Positions 40,143 through 55,630 of a DNA stretch of 64,000 bases are shown piece after piece (position 1 is the stretch's first letter; each line of letters starts with the position of its first letter). The position numbers and the translations under genes are program-made. The notes under the pieces were generated by a model. That model saw nothing but the letters and a program-made list of their open reading frames with translations. It did no database searches and was not told where the DNA came from. Source of the stretch: Auanema rhodensis (taxonomy: Eukaryota; Animalia; Nematoda); NCBI GenBank assembly GCA_964057225.1, contig CAXKVF010000074.1, forward strand, positions 62,001 through 126,000. The letters run 5' to 3'.

Positions 40143-43100
40143 CTAATTAAATGTACACGTGATGTGCACTTGGTATGTAACTCGCTTCACGTGAAAGATA
40201 AAGAAATGCGGTTTTCAAAATTAGATTCCCCATGTCCATATTAGTCTAAAAAGAAATTTTTATTGATATTGGTGCATGGTAACCATGACTTTGAAATTTA
40301 CGTGAACTTTAATTTATGCTAATTAAATGTACACGTGATGTGCACTTGGTATGTAACTCGCTTCACGTGAAAGATAAAGAGATGCGGTTTTCAAAATTAG
40401 ATTCCCCATGTCCATATTAGTCTAAAAACAAATTTTTATTGATATTGGTTCATGGTAACCATGACTTTGAAATTTACGTGAACTTTAATTTATGCTAATT
40501 AAATGTACACGTGATGTGCACTTGGTATGTAACTCGCTTCACGTGAAAGATAAAGAGATGCGGTTTTCAAAATTAGATTCCCCATGTCCATATTAGTCTA
40601 AAAACAAATTTTTATTGATATTGGTTCATGGTAACCATGACTTTGAAATTTACGTGAACTTTAATTTATGCTAATTAAATGTACACGTGATGTGCACTTG
40701 GTATGTAACTCGCTTCACGTGAAAGATAAAGAGATGCGGTTTTCAAAATTAGATTCCCCATGTCCATATTAGTCTAAAAACAAATTTTTATTGATATTAG
40801 TTCATGGTAACCATGACTTTGAAATTTACGTGAACTTTAATTTATGCTAATTAAATGTACACGTGATGTGCACTTGGTATGTAACTCGCTTCACGTGAAA
40901 GATAAAGAGATGCGGTTTTCAAAATTAGATTCCCCATGTCCATATTAGTCTAAAAACAAATTTTTATTGATATTGGTTCATGGTAACCATCACTTTGAAA
41001 TTTACGTGAACTTTAATTTATGCTAATTAAATGTACACGTGATGTGCACTTGGTATGTAACTCGCTTCACGTGAAAGATAAAGAGATGCGGTTTTCAAAA
41101 TTAGATTCCCCATGTCCATATTAGTCTAAAAACAAATTTTTATTGATATTAGTTCATGGTAACCATTACTTTGAAATTTACGTGAACTTTAATTTATGCT
41201 AATTAAATGTACACGTGATGTGCACTTGGTATGTAACTCGCTTCACGTGAAAGATAAAGAGATGCGGTTTTCAAAATTAGATTCCCCATGTCCATATTAG
41301 TCTAAAAACAAATTTTTATTGATATTGGTTCATGGTAACCATGACTTTGAAATTTACGTGAACTTTAATTTATGCTAATTAAATGTACACGTGATGTGCA
41401 CTTGGTATGTAACTCGCTTCACGTGAAAGATAAAGAGATGCGGTTTTCAAAATTAGATTCCCCATGTCCATATTAGTCTAAAAACAAATTTTTATTGATA
41501 TTGGTTCATGGTAACCATGACTTTGAAATTTACGTGAACTTTAATTTATGCTAATTAAATGTACACGTGATGTGCACTTGGTATGTAACTCGCTTCACGT
41601 GAAAGAAAAAGAGATGCGGTTTTCAAAATTAGATTCCCCATGTCCATATTAGTCTAAAAACAAATTTTTATTGATATTGGTTCATGGTAACCATGACTTT
41701 GAAATTTACGTGAACTTTAATTTATGCTAATTAAATGTACACGTGATGTGCACTTGGTATGTAACTCGCTTCACGTGAAAGATAAAGAGATGCGGTTTTC
41801 AAAATTAGATTCCCCATGTCCATATTAGTCTAAAAACAAATTTTTATTGATATTGCTTCATGGTAACCATGACTTTGAAATTTACGTGAACTTTAATTTA
41901 TGCTAATTAAATGTACACGTGATGTGCACTTGGTATGTAACTCGCTTCACGTGGAAGAAAAAGAGATGCGGTTTTCAAAATTAGATTCCCCATGTCCATA
42001 TTAGTCTAAAAACAAATTTTTATTGATATTGGTTCATGGTAACCATGACTTTGAAATTTACGTGAACTTTAATTTATGCTAATTAAATGTACACGTGATG
42101 TGCACTTGGTATGTAACTCGCTTCACGTGAAAGATGAAGAGATGCCGTTTTCAAAATTAGATTCCCCATGTCCATATTAGTCTAAAAACAAATTTTTATT
42201 GATATTGGTTCATGGTAACCATGACTTTGAAATTTACGTGAACTTTAATTTATGCTAATTAAATGTACACGTGATGTGCACTTGGTATGTAACTCGCTTC
42301 ACGTGAAAGATAAAGAGATGCGGTTTTCAAAATTAGATTCCCCATGTCCATATTAGTCTAAAAACAAATTTTTATTGATATTGCTTCATGGTAACCATGA
42401 CTTTGAAATTTACGTGAACTTTAATTTATGCTAATTAAATGTACACGTGATGTGCACTTGGTATGTAACTCGCTTCACGTGAAAGATAAAGAAATGCGGT
42501 TTTCAAAATTAGATTCCCCATGTCCATATTAGTCTAAAAAGAAATTTTTATTGATATTGGTGCATGGTAACCATGACTTTGAAATTTACGTGAACTTTAA
42601 TTTATGCTAATTAAATGTACACGTGATGTGCACTTGGTATGTAACTCGCTTCACGTGAAAGATAAAGAGATGCGGTTTTCAAAATTAGATTCCCCATGTC
42701 CATATTAGTCTAAAAACAAATTTTTATTGATATTGGTTCATGGTAACCATGACTTTGAAATTTACGTGAACTTTAATTTATGCTAATTAAATGTACACGT
42801 GATGTGCACTTGGTATGTAACTCGCTTCACGTGAAAGATAAAGAGATGCGGTTTTCAAAATTAGATTCCCCATGTCCATATTAGTCTAAAAACAAATTTT
42901 TATTGATATTGGTTCATGGTAACCATGACTTTGAAATTTACGTGAACTTTAATTTATGCTAATTAAATGTACACGTGATGTGCACTTGGTATGTAACTCG
43001 CTTCACGTGAAAGATAAAGAGATGCGGTTTTCAAAATTAGATTCCCCATGTCCATATTAGTCTAAAAACAAATTTTTATTGATATTAGTTCATGGTAACC

Positions 43101-46100
43101 ATGACTTTGAAATTTACGTGAACTTTAATTTATGCTAATTAAATGTACACGTGATGTGCACTTGGTATGTAACTCGCTTCACGTGAAAGATAAAGAGATG
43201 CGGTTTTCAAAATTAGATTCCCCATGTCCATATTAGTCTAAAAACAAATTTTTATTGATATTGGTTCATGGTAACCATCACTTTGAAATTTACGTGAACT
43301 TTAATTTATGCTAATTAAATGTACACGTGATGTGCACTTGGTATGTAACTCGCTTCACGTGAAAGATAAAGAGATGCGGTTTTCAAAATTAGATTCCCCA
43401 TGTCCATATTAGTCTAAAAAGAAATTTTTATTGATATTGGTGCATGGTAACCATGACTTTGAAATTTACGTGAACTTTAATTTATGCTAATTAAATGTAC
43501 ACGTGATGTGCACTTGGTATGTAACTCGCTTCACGTGAAAGATAAAGAGATGCGGTTTTCAAAATTAGATTCCCCATGTCCATATTAGTCTAAAAACAAA
43601 TTTTTATTGATATTGGTTCATGGTAACCATGACTTTGAAATTTACGTGAACTTTAATTTATGCTAATTAAATGTACACGTGATGTGCACTTGGTATGTAA
43701 CTCGCTTCACGTGAAAGATAAAGAGATGCGGTTTTCAAAATTAGATTCCCCATGTCCATATTAGTCTAAAAACAAATTTTTATTGATATTGGTTCATGGT
43801 AACCATGACTTTGAAATTTACGTGAACTTTAATTTATGCTAATTAAATGTACACGTGATGTGCACTTGGTATGTAACTCGCTTCACGTGAAAGATAAAGA
43901 GATGCGGTTTTCAAAATTAGATTCCCCATGTCCATATTAGTCTAAAAACAAATTTTTATTGATATTAGTTCATGGTAACCATGACTTTGAAATTTACGTG
44001 AACTTTAATTTATGCTAATTAAATGTACACGTGATGTGCACTTGGTATGTAACTCGCTTCACGTGAAAGATAAAGAGATGCGGTTTTCAAAATTAGATTC
44101 CCCATGTCCATATTAGTCTAAAAACAAATTTTTATTGATATTGGTTCATGGTAACCATCACTTTGAAATTTACGTGAACTTTAATTTATGCTAATTAAAT
44201 GTACACGTGATGTGCACTTGGTATGTAACTCGCTTCACGTGAAAGATAAAGAGATGCGGTTTTCAAAATTAGATTCCCCATGTCCATATTAGTCTAAAAA
44301 CAAATTTTTATTGATATTGGTTCATGGTAACCATGACTTTGAAATTTACGTGAACTTTAATTTATGCTAATTAAATGTACACGTGATGTGCACTTGGTAT
44401 GTAACTCGCTTCACGTGAAAGATAAAGAGATGCGGTTTTCAAAATTAGATTCCCCATGTCCATATTAGTCTAAAAACAAATTTTTATTGATATTGGTTCA
44501 TGGTAACCATGACTTTGAAATTTACGTGAACTTTAATTTATGCTAATTAAATGTACACGTGATGTGCACTTGGTATGTAACTCGCTTCACGTGAAAGATA
44601 AAGAGATGCGGTTTTCAAAATTAGATTCCCCATGTCCATATTAGTCTAAAAACAAATTTTTATTGATATTGGTTCATGGTAACCATGACTTTGAAATTTA
44701 CGTGAACTTTAATTTATGCTAATTAAATGTACACGTGATGTGCACTTGGTATGTAACTCGCTTCACGTGAAAGATAAAGAAATGCGGTTTTCAAAATTAG
44801 ATTCCCCATGTCCATATTAGTCTAAAAAGAAATTTTTATTGATATTGGTGCATGGTAACCATGACTTTGAAATTTACGTGAACTTTAATTTATGCTAATT
44901 AAATGTACACGTGATGTGCACTTGGTATGTAACTTGCTTCACGTGAAAGATAAAGAGATGCGGTTTTCAAAATTAGATTCCCCATGTCCATATTAGTCTA
45001 AAAACAAATTTTTATTGATATTGGTTCATGGTAACCATGACTTTGAATTTTACGTGAACTTTAATTTATGCTAATTAAATGTACACGTGATGTGCACTTG
45101 GTATGTAACTCGCTTCACGTAAAAGATAAAGAGATGCGGTTTTCAAAATTAGATTCCCCATGTCCATATTAGTCTAAAAACAAATTTTTATTGATATTGC
45201 TTCATGGTAACCATGACTTTGAAATTTACGTGAACTTTAATTTATGCTAATTAAATGTACACGTGATGTGCACTTGGTATGTAACTCGCTTCACGTGAAA
45301 GATAAAGAGATGCGGTTTTCAAAATTAGATTCCCCATGTCCATATTAGTCTAAAAACAAATTTTTATTGATATTGGTTCATGGTAACCATGACTTTGAAA
45401 TTTACGTGAACTTTAATTTATGCTAATTAAATGTACACGTGATGTGCACTTGGTATGTAACTCGCTTCACGTGAAAGATAAAGAGATGCGGTTTTCAAAA
45501 TTAGATTCCCCATGTCCATATTAGTCTAAAAACAAATTTTTATTGATATTGGTGCATGGTAACCATGACTTTGAAATTTACGTGAACTTTAATTTATGCT
45601 AATTAAATGTACACGTGATGTGCACTTGGTATGTAACTCGCTTCACGTGAAAGATGAAGAGATGCGGTTTTCAAAATTAGATTCCCCATGTCCATATTAG
45701 TCTAAAAACAAATTTTTATTGATATTGGTTCATGGTAACCATGACTTTGAAATTTACGTGAACTTTAATTTATGCTAATTAAATGTACACGTGATGTGCA
45801 CTTGGTATGTAACTCGCTTCACGTGAAAGATGAAGAGATGCGGTTTTCAAAATTAGATTCCCCATGTCCATATTAGTCTAAAAACAAATTTTTATTGATA
45901 TTGGTTCATGGTAACCATGACTTTGAAATTTACGTGAACTTTAATTTATGCTAATTAAATGTACACGTGATGTGCACTTGGTATTTAACTCGCTTCAGGT
46001 GAAAGATAAAGAGATGCGGTTTTCAAAATTAGATTCCCCATGTCCATATTAGTCTAAAAACAAATTTTTATTGATATTGGTTCATGGTAACCATGACTTT

Positions 46101-49100
46101 GAATTTTACGTGAACTTTAATTTATGCTAATTAAATGTACACGTGATGTGCACTTGGTATGTAACTCGCTTCACGTGAAAGATAAAGAAATGCGGTTTTC
46201 AAAATTAGATTCCCCATGTCCATATTAGTCTAAAAACAAATTTTTATTGATATTGGTTCATGGTAACCATGACTTTGAAATTTACGTGAACTTTAATTTA
46301 TGCTAATTAAATGTACACGTGATGTGCACTTGGTATGTAACTCGCTTCACGTGAAAGATAAAGAGATGCGGTTTTCAAAATTAGATTCCCCATGTCCATA
46401 TTAGTCTAAAAACAAATTTTTATTGATATTGGTGCATGGTAACCATGACTTTGAAATTTACGTGAACTTTAATTTATGCTAATTAAATGTACACGTGATG
46501 TGCACTTGGTATGTAACTCGCTTCACGTGAAAGATGAAGAGATGCGGTTTTCAAAATTAGATTCCCCATGTCCATATTAGTCTAAAAACAAATTTTTATT
46601 GATATTGCTTCATGGTAACCATGACTTTGAAATTTACGTGAACTTTAATTTATGCTAATTAAATGTACACGTGATGTGCACTTGGTATGTAACTCGCTTC
46701 ACGTGAAAGATAAAGAGATGCGGTTTTCAAAATTAGATTCCCCATGTCCATATTAGTCTAAAAACAAATTTTTATTGATATTGGTTCATGGTAACCATGA
46801 CTTTGAAATTTACGTGAACTTTAATTTATGCTAATTAAATGTACACGTGATGTGCACTTGGTATGTAACTCGCTTCACGTGAAAGATGAAGAGATGCGGT
46901 TTTCAAAATTAGATTCCCCATGTCCATATTAGTCTAAAAACAAATTTTTATTGATATTGGTTCATGGTAACCATGACTTTGAAATTTACGTGAACTTTAA
47001 TTTATGCTAATTAAATGTACACGTGATGTGCACTTGGTATGTAACTCGCTTCACGTGAAAGATAAAGAGATGCGGTTTTCAAAATTAGATTCCCCATGTC
47101 CATATTAGTCTAAAAACAAATTTTTATTGATATTGGTTCATGGTAACCATGACTTTGAAATTTACGTGAACTTTAATTTATGCTAATTAAATGTACACGT
47201 GATGTGCACTTGGTATGTAACTCGCTTCACGTGAAAGATAAAGAGATGCGGTTTTCAAAATTAGATTCCCCCTGTCCATATTAGTCTAAAAACAAATTTT
47301 TATTGATATTGCTTCATGGTAACCATGACTTTGAAATTTACGTGAACTTTAATTTATGCTAATTAAATGTACACGTGATGTGCACTTGGTATGTAACTCG
47401 CTTCACGTGAAAGATAAAGAGATGCGGTTTTCAAAATTAGATTCCCCATGTCCATATTAGTCTAAAAACAAATTTTTATTGATATTGGTTCATGGTAACC
47501 ATGACTTTGAAATTTACGTGAACTTTAATTTATGCTAATTAAATGTACACGTGATGTGCACTTGGTATGTAACTCGCTTCACGTGAAAGATAAAGAGATG
47601 CGGTTTTCAAAATTAGATTCCCCATGTCCATATTAGTCTAAAAACAAATTTTTATTGATATTGGTTCATGGTAACCATGACTTTGAAATTTACGTGAACT
47701 TTAATTTATGCTAATTAAATGTACACGTGATGTGCACTTGGTATGTAACTCGCTTCACGTGAAAGATAAAGAAATGCGGTTTTCAAAATTAGATTCCCCA
47801 TGTCCATATTAGTCTAAAAACAAATTTTTATTGATATTGGTGCATGGTAACCATGACTTTGAATTTTACGTGAACTTTAATTTATGCTAATTAAATGTAC
47901 ACGTGATGTGCACTTGGTATGTAACTCGCTTCACGTGAAAGATAAAGAGATGCGGTTTTCAAAATTAGATTCCCCATGTCCATATTAGTCTAAAAACAAA
48001 TTTTTATTGATATTGGTTCATGGTAACCATGACTTTAAAATTTACGTGAACTTTAATTTATGCTAATTAAATGTACACGTGATGTGCACTTGGTATGTAA
48101 CTCGCTTCACGTGAAAGATAAAGAGATGCGGTTTTCAAAATTAGATTCCCCATGTCCATATTAGTCTAAAAACAAATTTTTATTGTTATTGGTTCATGGT
48201 AACCATGACTTTGAATTTTACGTGAACTTTAATTTATGCTAATTAAATGTACACGTGATGTGCACTTGGTATGTAACTCGCTTCACGTGAAAGATAAAGA
48301 GATGCGGTTTTCAAAATTAGATTCCCCATGTCCATATTAGTCAAAAAACAAATTTTTATTGATATTGGTTCATGGTAACCATGACTTTGAAATTTACGTG
48401 AACTTTAATTTATGCTAATTAAATGTACACGTGATGTGCACTTGGTATGTAACTCGCTTCACGTGAAAGATAAAGAAATGCGGTTTTCAAAATTAGATTC
48501 CCCATGTCCATATTAGTCTAAAAAGAAATTTTTATTGATATTGGTGCATGGTAACCATGACTTTGAAATTTACGTGAACTTTAATTTATGCTAATTAAAT
48601 GTACACGTGATGTGCACTTGGTATGTAACTCGCTTCACGTGAAAGATAAAGAGATGCGGTTTTCAAAATTAGATTCCCCATGTCCATATTAGTCTAAAAA
48701 CAAATTTTTATTGATATTGGTTCATGGTAACCATGACTTTGAAATTTACGTGAACTTTAATTTATGCTAATTAAATGTACACGTGATGTGCACTTGGTAT
48801 GTAACTCGCTTCACGTGAAAGATAAAGAGATGCGGTTTTCAAAATTAGATTCCCCATGTCCATATTAGTCTAAAAACAAATTTTTATTGATATTGGTTCA
48901 TGGTAACCATGACTTTGAAATTTACGTGAACTTTAATTTATGCTAATTAAATGTACACGTGATGTGCACTTGGTATGTAACTCGCTTCACGTGAAAGATA
49001 AAGAGATGCGGTTTTCAAAATTAGATTCCCCATGTCCATATTAGTCTAAAAACAAATTTTTATTGATATTAGTTCATGGTAACCATGACTTTGAAATTTA

Positions 49101-52100
49101 CGTGAACTTTAATTTATGCTAATTAAATGTACACGTGATGTGCACTTGGTATGTAACTCGCTTCACGTGAAAGATAAAGAGATGCGGTTTTCAAAATTAG
49201 ATTCCCCATGTCCATATTAGTCTAAAAACAAATTTTTATTGATATTGGTTCATGGTAACCATCACTTTGAAATTTACGTGAACTTTAATTTATGCTAATT
49301 AAATGTACACGTGATGTGCACTTGGTATGTAACTCGCTTCACGTGAAAGATAAAGAGATGCGGTTTTCAAAATTAGATTCCCCATGTCCATATTAGTCTA
49401 AAAACAAATTTTTATTGATATTAGTTCATGGTAACCATTACTTTGAAATTTACGTGAACTTTAATTTATGCTAATTAAATGTACACGTGATGTGCACTTG
49501 GTATGTAACTCGCTTCACGTGAAAGATAAAGAGATGCGGTTTTCAAAATTAGATTCCCCATGTCCATATTAGTCTAAAAACAAATTTTTATTGATATTGG
49601 TTCATGGTAACCATGACTTTGAAATTTACGTGAACTTTAATTTATGCTAATTAAATGTACACGTGATGTGCACTTGGTATGTAACTCGCTTCACGTGAAA
49701 GATAAAGAGATGCGGTTTTCAAAATTAGATTCCCCATGTCCATATTAGTCTAAAAACAAATTTTTATTGATATTGGTTCATGGTAACCATGACTTTGAAA
49801 TTTACGTGAACTTTAATTTATGCTAATTAAATGTACACGTGATGTGCACTTGGTATGTAACTCGCTTCACGTGAAAGAAAAAGAGATGCGGTTTTCAAAA
49901 TTAGATTCCCCATGTCCATATTAGTCTAAAAACAAATTTTTATTGATATTGGTTCATGGTAACCATGACTTTGAAATTTACGTGAACTTTAATTTATGCT
50001 AATTAAATGTACACGTGATGTGCACTTGGTATGTAACTCGCTTCACGTGAAAGATAAAGAGATGCGGTTTTCAAAATTAGATTCCCCATGTCCATATTAG
50101 TCTAAAAACAAATTTTTATTGATATTGCTTCATGGTAACCATGACTTTGAAATTTACGTGAACTTTAATTTATGCTAATTAAATGTACACGTGATGTGCA
50201 CTTGGTATGTAACTCGCTTCACGTGGAAGAAAAAAAGATGCGGTTTTCAAAATTAGATTCCCCATGTCCATATTAGTCTAAAAACAAATTTTTATTGATA
50301 TTGGTTCATGGTAACCATGACTTTGAAATTTACGTGAACTTTAATTTATGCTAATTAAATGTACACGTGATGTGCACTTGGTATGTAACTCGCTTCACGT
50401 GAAAGATGAAGAGATGCCGTTTTCAAAATTAGATTCCCCATGTCCATATTAGTCTAAAAACAAATTTTTATTGATATTGGTTCATGGTAACCATGACTTT
50501 GAAATTTACGTGAACTTTAATTTATGCTAATTAAATGTACACGTGATGTGCACTTGGTATGTAACTCGCTTCACGTGAAAGATAAAGAGATGCGGTTTTC
50601 AAAATTAGATTCCCCATGTCCATATTAGTCTAAAAACAAATTTTTATTGATAATGCTTCATGGTAACCATGACTTTGAAATTTACGTGAACTTTAATTTA
50701 TGCTAATTAAATGTACACGTGATGTGCACTTGGTATGTAACTCGCTTCACGTGAAAGATAAAGAAATGCGGTTTTCAAAATTAGATTCCCCATGTCCATA
50801 TTAGTCTAAAAAGAAATTTTTATTGATATTGGTGCATGGTAACCATGACTTTGAAATTTACGTGAACTTTAATTTATGCTAATTAAATGTACACGTGATG
50901 TGCACTTGGTATGTAACTCGCTTCACGTGAAAGATAAAGAGATGCGGTTTTCAAAATTAGATTCCCCATGTCCATATTAGTCTAAAAACAAATTTTTATT
51001 GATATTGGTTCATGGTAACCATGACTTTGAAATTTACGTGAACTTTAATTTATGCTAATTAAATGTACACGTGATGTGCACTTGGTATGTAACTCGCTTC
51101 ACGTGAAAGATAAAGAGATGCGGTTTTCAAAATTAGATTCCCCATGTCCATATTAGTCTAAAAACAAATTTTTATTGATATTGGTTCATGGTAACCATGA
51201 CTTTGAAATTTACGTGAACTTTAATTTATGCTAATTAAATGTACACGTGATGTGCACTTGGTATGTAACTCGCTTCACGTGAAAGATAAAGAGATGCGGT
51301 TTTCAAAATTAGATTCCCCATGTCCATATTAGTCTAAAAACAAATTTTTATTGATATTGGTTCATGGTAACCATCACTTTGAAATTTACGTGAACTTTAA
51401 TTTATGCTAATTAAATGTACATGTGATGTGCACTTGGTATGTAACTCGCTTCACGTGAAAGATAAAGAGATGCGGTTTTCAAAATTAGATTCCCCATGTC
51501 CATATTAGTCTAAAAACAAATTTTTATTGATATTAGTTCATGGTAACCATTACTTTGAAATTTACGTGAACTTTAATTTATGCTAATTAAATGTACACGT
51601 GATGTGCACTTGGTATGTAACTCGCTTCACGTGAAAGATAAAGAGATGCGGTTTTCAAAATTAGATTCCCCATGTCCATATTAGTCTAAAAACAAATTTT
51701 TATTGATATTGGTTCATGGTAACCATGACTTTGAAATTTACGTGAACTTTAATTTATGCTAATTAAATGTACACGTGATGTGCACTTGGTATGTAACTCG
51801 CTTCACGTGAAAGATAAAGAGATGCGGTTTTCAAAATTAGATTCCCCATGTCCATATTAGTCTAAAAACAAATTTTTATTGATATTGGTTCATGGTAACC
51901 ATCACTTTGAAATTTACGTGAACTTTAATTTATGCTAATTAAATGTACACGTGATGTGCACTTGGTATGTAACTCGCTTCACGTGAAAGATAAAGAGATG
52001 CGGTTTTCAAAATTAGATTCCCCATGTCCATATTAGTCTAAAAACAAATTTTTATTAATATTAGTTCATGGTAACCATTACTTTGAAATTTACGTGAACT

Positions 52101-55100
52101 TTAATTTATGCTAATTAAATGTACACGTGATGTGCACTTGGTATGTAACTCGCTTCACGTGAAAGATAAAGAGATGCGGTTTTCAAAATTAGATTCCCCA
52201 TGTCCATATTAGTCTAAAAACAAATTTTTATTGATATTGGTTCATGGTAACCATGACTTTGAAATTTACGTGAACTTTAATTTATGCTAATTAAATGTAC
52301 ACGTGATGTGCACTTGGTATGTAACTCGCTTCACGTGAAAGATAAAGAGATGCGGTTTTCAAAATTAGATTCCCCATGTCCATATTAGTCTAAAAACAAA
52401 TTTTTATTGATATTGGTTCATGGTAACCATGACTTTGAAATTTACGTGAACTTTAATTTATGCTAATTAAATGTACACGTGATGTGCACTTGGTATGTAA
52501 CTCGCTTCACGTGAAAGAAAAAGAGATGCGGTTTTCAAAATTAGATTCCCCATGTCCATATTAGTCTAAAAACAAATTTTTATTGATATTGGTTCATGGT
52601 AACCATGACTTTGAAATTTACGTGAACTTTAATTTATGCTAATTAAATGTACACGTGATGTGCACTTGGTATGTAACTCGCTTCACGTAAAAGATAAAGA
52701 GATGCGGTTTTCAAAATTAGATTCCCCATGTCCATATTAGTCTAAAAACAAATTTTTATTGATATTGCTTCATGGTAACCATGACTTTGAAATTTACGTG
52801 AACTTTAATTTATGCTAATTAAATGTACACGTGATGTGCACTTGGTATGTAACTCGCTTCACGTGGAAGAAAAAAAGATGCGGTTTTCAAAATTAGATTC
52901 CCCATGTCCATATTAGTCTAAAAACAAATTTTTATTGATATTGGTTCATGGTAACCATGACTTTGAAATTTACGTGAACTTTAATTTATGCTAATTAAAT
53001 GTACACGTGATGTGCACTTGGTATGTAACTCGCTTCACGTGAAAGATGAAGAGATGCCGTTTTCAAAATTAGATTCCCCATGTCCATATTAGTCTAAAAA
53101 CAAATTTTTATTGATATTGGTTCATGGTAACCATGACTTTGAAATTTACGTGAACTTTAATTTATGCTAATTAAATGTACACGTGATGTGCACTTGGTAT
53201 GTAACTCGCTTCACGTGAAAGATAAAGAGATGCGGTTTTCAAAATTAGATTCCCCATGTCCATATTAGTCTAAAAACAAATTTTTATTGATATTGCTTCA
53301 TGGTAACCATGACTTTGAAATTTACGTGAACTTTAATTTATGCTAATTAAATGTACACGTGATGTGCACTTGGTATGTAACTCGCTTCACGTGAAAGATA
53401 AAGAAATGCGGTTTTCAAAATTAGATTCCCCATGTCCATATTAGTCTAAAAAGAAATTTTTATTGATATTGGTGCATGGTAACCATGACTTTGAAATTTA
53501 CGTGAACTTTAATTTATGCTAATTAAATGTACACGTGATGTGCACTTGGTATGTAACTCGCTTCACGTGAAAGATAAAGAGATGCGGTTTTCAAAATTAG
53601 ATTCCCCATGTCCATATTAGTCTAAAAACAAATTTTTATTGATATTGGTTCATGGTAACCATGACTTTGAAATTTACGTGAACTTTAATTTATGCTAATT
53701 AAATGTACACGTGATGTGCACTTGGTATGTAACTCGCTTCACGTGAAAGATAAAGAGATGCGGTTTTCAAAATTAGATTCCCCATGTCCATATTAGTCTA
53801 AAAACAAATTTTTATTGATATTGGTTCATGGTAACCATGACTTTGAAATTTACGTGAACTTTAATTTATGCTAATTAAATGTACACGTGATGTGCACTTG
53901 GTATGTAACTCGCTTCACGTGAAAGATAAAGAGATGCGGTTTTCAAAATTAGATTCCCCATGTCCATATTAGTCTAAAAACAAATTTTTATTGATATTAG
54001 TTCATGGTAACCATGACTTTGAAATTTACGTGAACTTTAATTTATGCTAATTAAATGTACACGTGATGTGCACTTGGTATGTAACTCGCTTCACGTGAAA
54101 GATAAAGAAATGCGGTTTTCAAAATTAGATTCCCCATGTCCATATTAGTCTAAAAACAAATTTTTATTGATATTGCTTCATGGTAACCATGACTTTGAAA
54201 TTTACGTGAACTTTAATTTATGCTAATTAAATGTACACGTGATGTGCACTTGGTATGTAACTCGCTTCACGTGAAAGATAAAGAAATGCGGTTTTCAAAA
54301 TTAGATTCCCCATGTCCATATTAGTCTAAAAAGAAATTTTTATTGATATTGGTGCATGGTAACCATGACTTTGAAATTTACGTGAACTTTAATTTATGCT
54401 AATTAAATGTACACGTGATGTGCACTTGGTATGTAACTCGCTTCACGTGAAAGATAAAGAGATGCGGTTTTCAAAATTAGATTCCCCATGTCCATATTAG
54501 TCTAAAAACAAATTTTTATTGATATTGGTTCATGGTAACCATGACTTTGAAATTTACGTGAACTTTAATTTATGCTAATTAAATGTACACGTGATGTGCA
54601 CTTGGTATGTAACTCGCTTCACGTGAAAGATAAAGAGATGCGGTTTTCAAAATTAGATTCCCCATGTCCATATTAGTCTAAAAACAAATTTTTATTGATA
54701 TTGGTTCATGGTAACCATGACTTTGAAATTTACGTGAACTTTAATTTATGCTAATTAAATGTACACGTGATGTGCACTTGGTATGTAACTCGCTTCACGT
54801 GAAAGATAAAGAGATGCGGTTTTCAAAATTAGATTCCCCATGTCCATATTAGTCTAAAAACAAATTTTTATTGATATTAGTTCATGGTAACCATGACTTT
54901 GAAATTTACGTGAACTTTAATTTATGCTAATTAAATGTACACGTGATGTGCACTTGGTATGTAACTCGCTTCACGTGAAAGATAAAGAGATGCGGTTTTC
55001 AAAATTAGATTCCCCATGTCCATATTAGTCTAAAAACAAATTTTTATTGATATTGGTTCATGGTAACCATCACTTTGAAATTTACGTGAACTTTAATTTA

Positions 55101-55630
55101 TGCTAATTAAATGTACACGTGATGTGCACTTGGTATGTAACTCGCTTCACGTGAAAGATAAAGAGATGCGGTTTTCAAAATTAGATTCCCCATGTCCATA
55201 TTAGTCTAAAAACAAATTTTTATTGATATTGGTTCATGGTAACCATGACTTTGAAATTTACGTGAACTTTAATTTATGCTAATTAAATGTACACGTGATG
55301 TGCACTTGGTATGTAACTCGCTTCACGTGAAAGATAAAGAGATGCGGTTTTCAAAATTAGATTCCCCATGTCCATATTAGTCTAAAAACAAATTTTTATT
55401 GATATTGGTTCATGGTAACCATGACTTTGAAATTTACGTGAACTTTAATTTATGCTAATTAAATGTACACGTGATGTGCACTTGGTATGTAACTCGCTTC
55501 ACGTGAAAGATAAAGAGATGCGGTTTTCAAAATTAGATTCCCCATGTCCATATTAGTCTAAAAACAAATTTTTATTGATATTGGTTCATGGTAACCATGA
55601 CTTTGAAATTTACGTGAACTTTAATTTATG
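40143..55630. repeat. 13-monomer HOR family (with 15-mer and truncated 5/8-mer derivatives) on the T132 background
   Basis: The unit G63A+C111G+G132, T, T, G129A, G145C, G129A+G145T, T, T, T57A, G130C, A52G+T57A, A58G+G68C, G130C occurs at 40143-42430 and 48415-50702. A 15-mer variant is at 50703-53342. Partial units start at 42431, 43311, 53343 and 54223. Confidence 0.88.
40847..47358. repeat. Copy 1 of a ~6.5-kb (37-monomer) block duplicated at 51759-58447
   Basis: Rare marker monomers match at an offset of 62 monomers (10912 bp), later 63: C41T+A154T 44895/55807, G51A+G130C 45071/55983, G35T+C48G+A154T 45951/57039, A90C+G130C 47183/58272. Confidence 0.85.
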
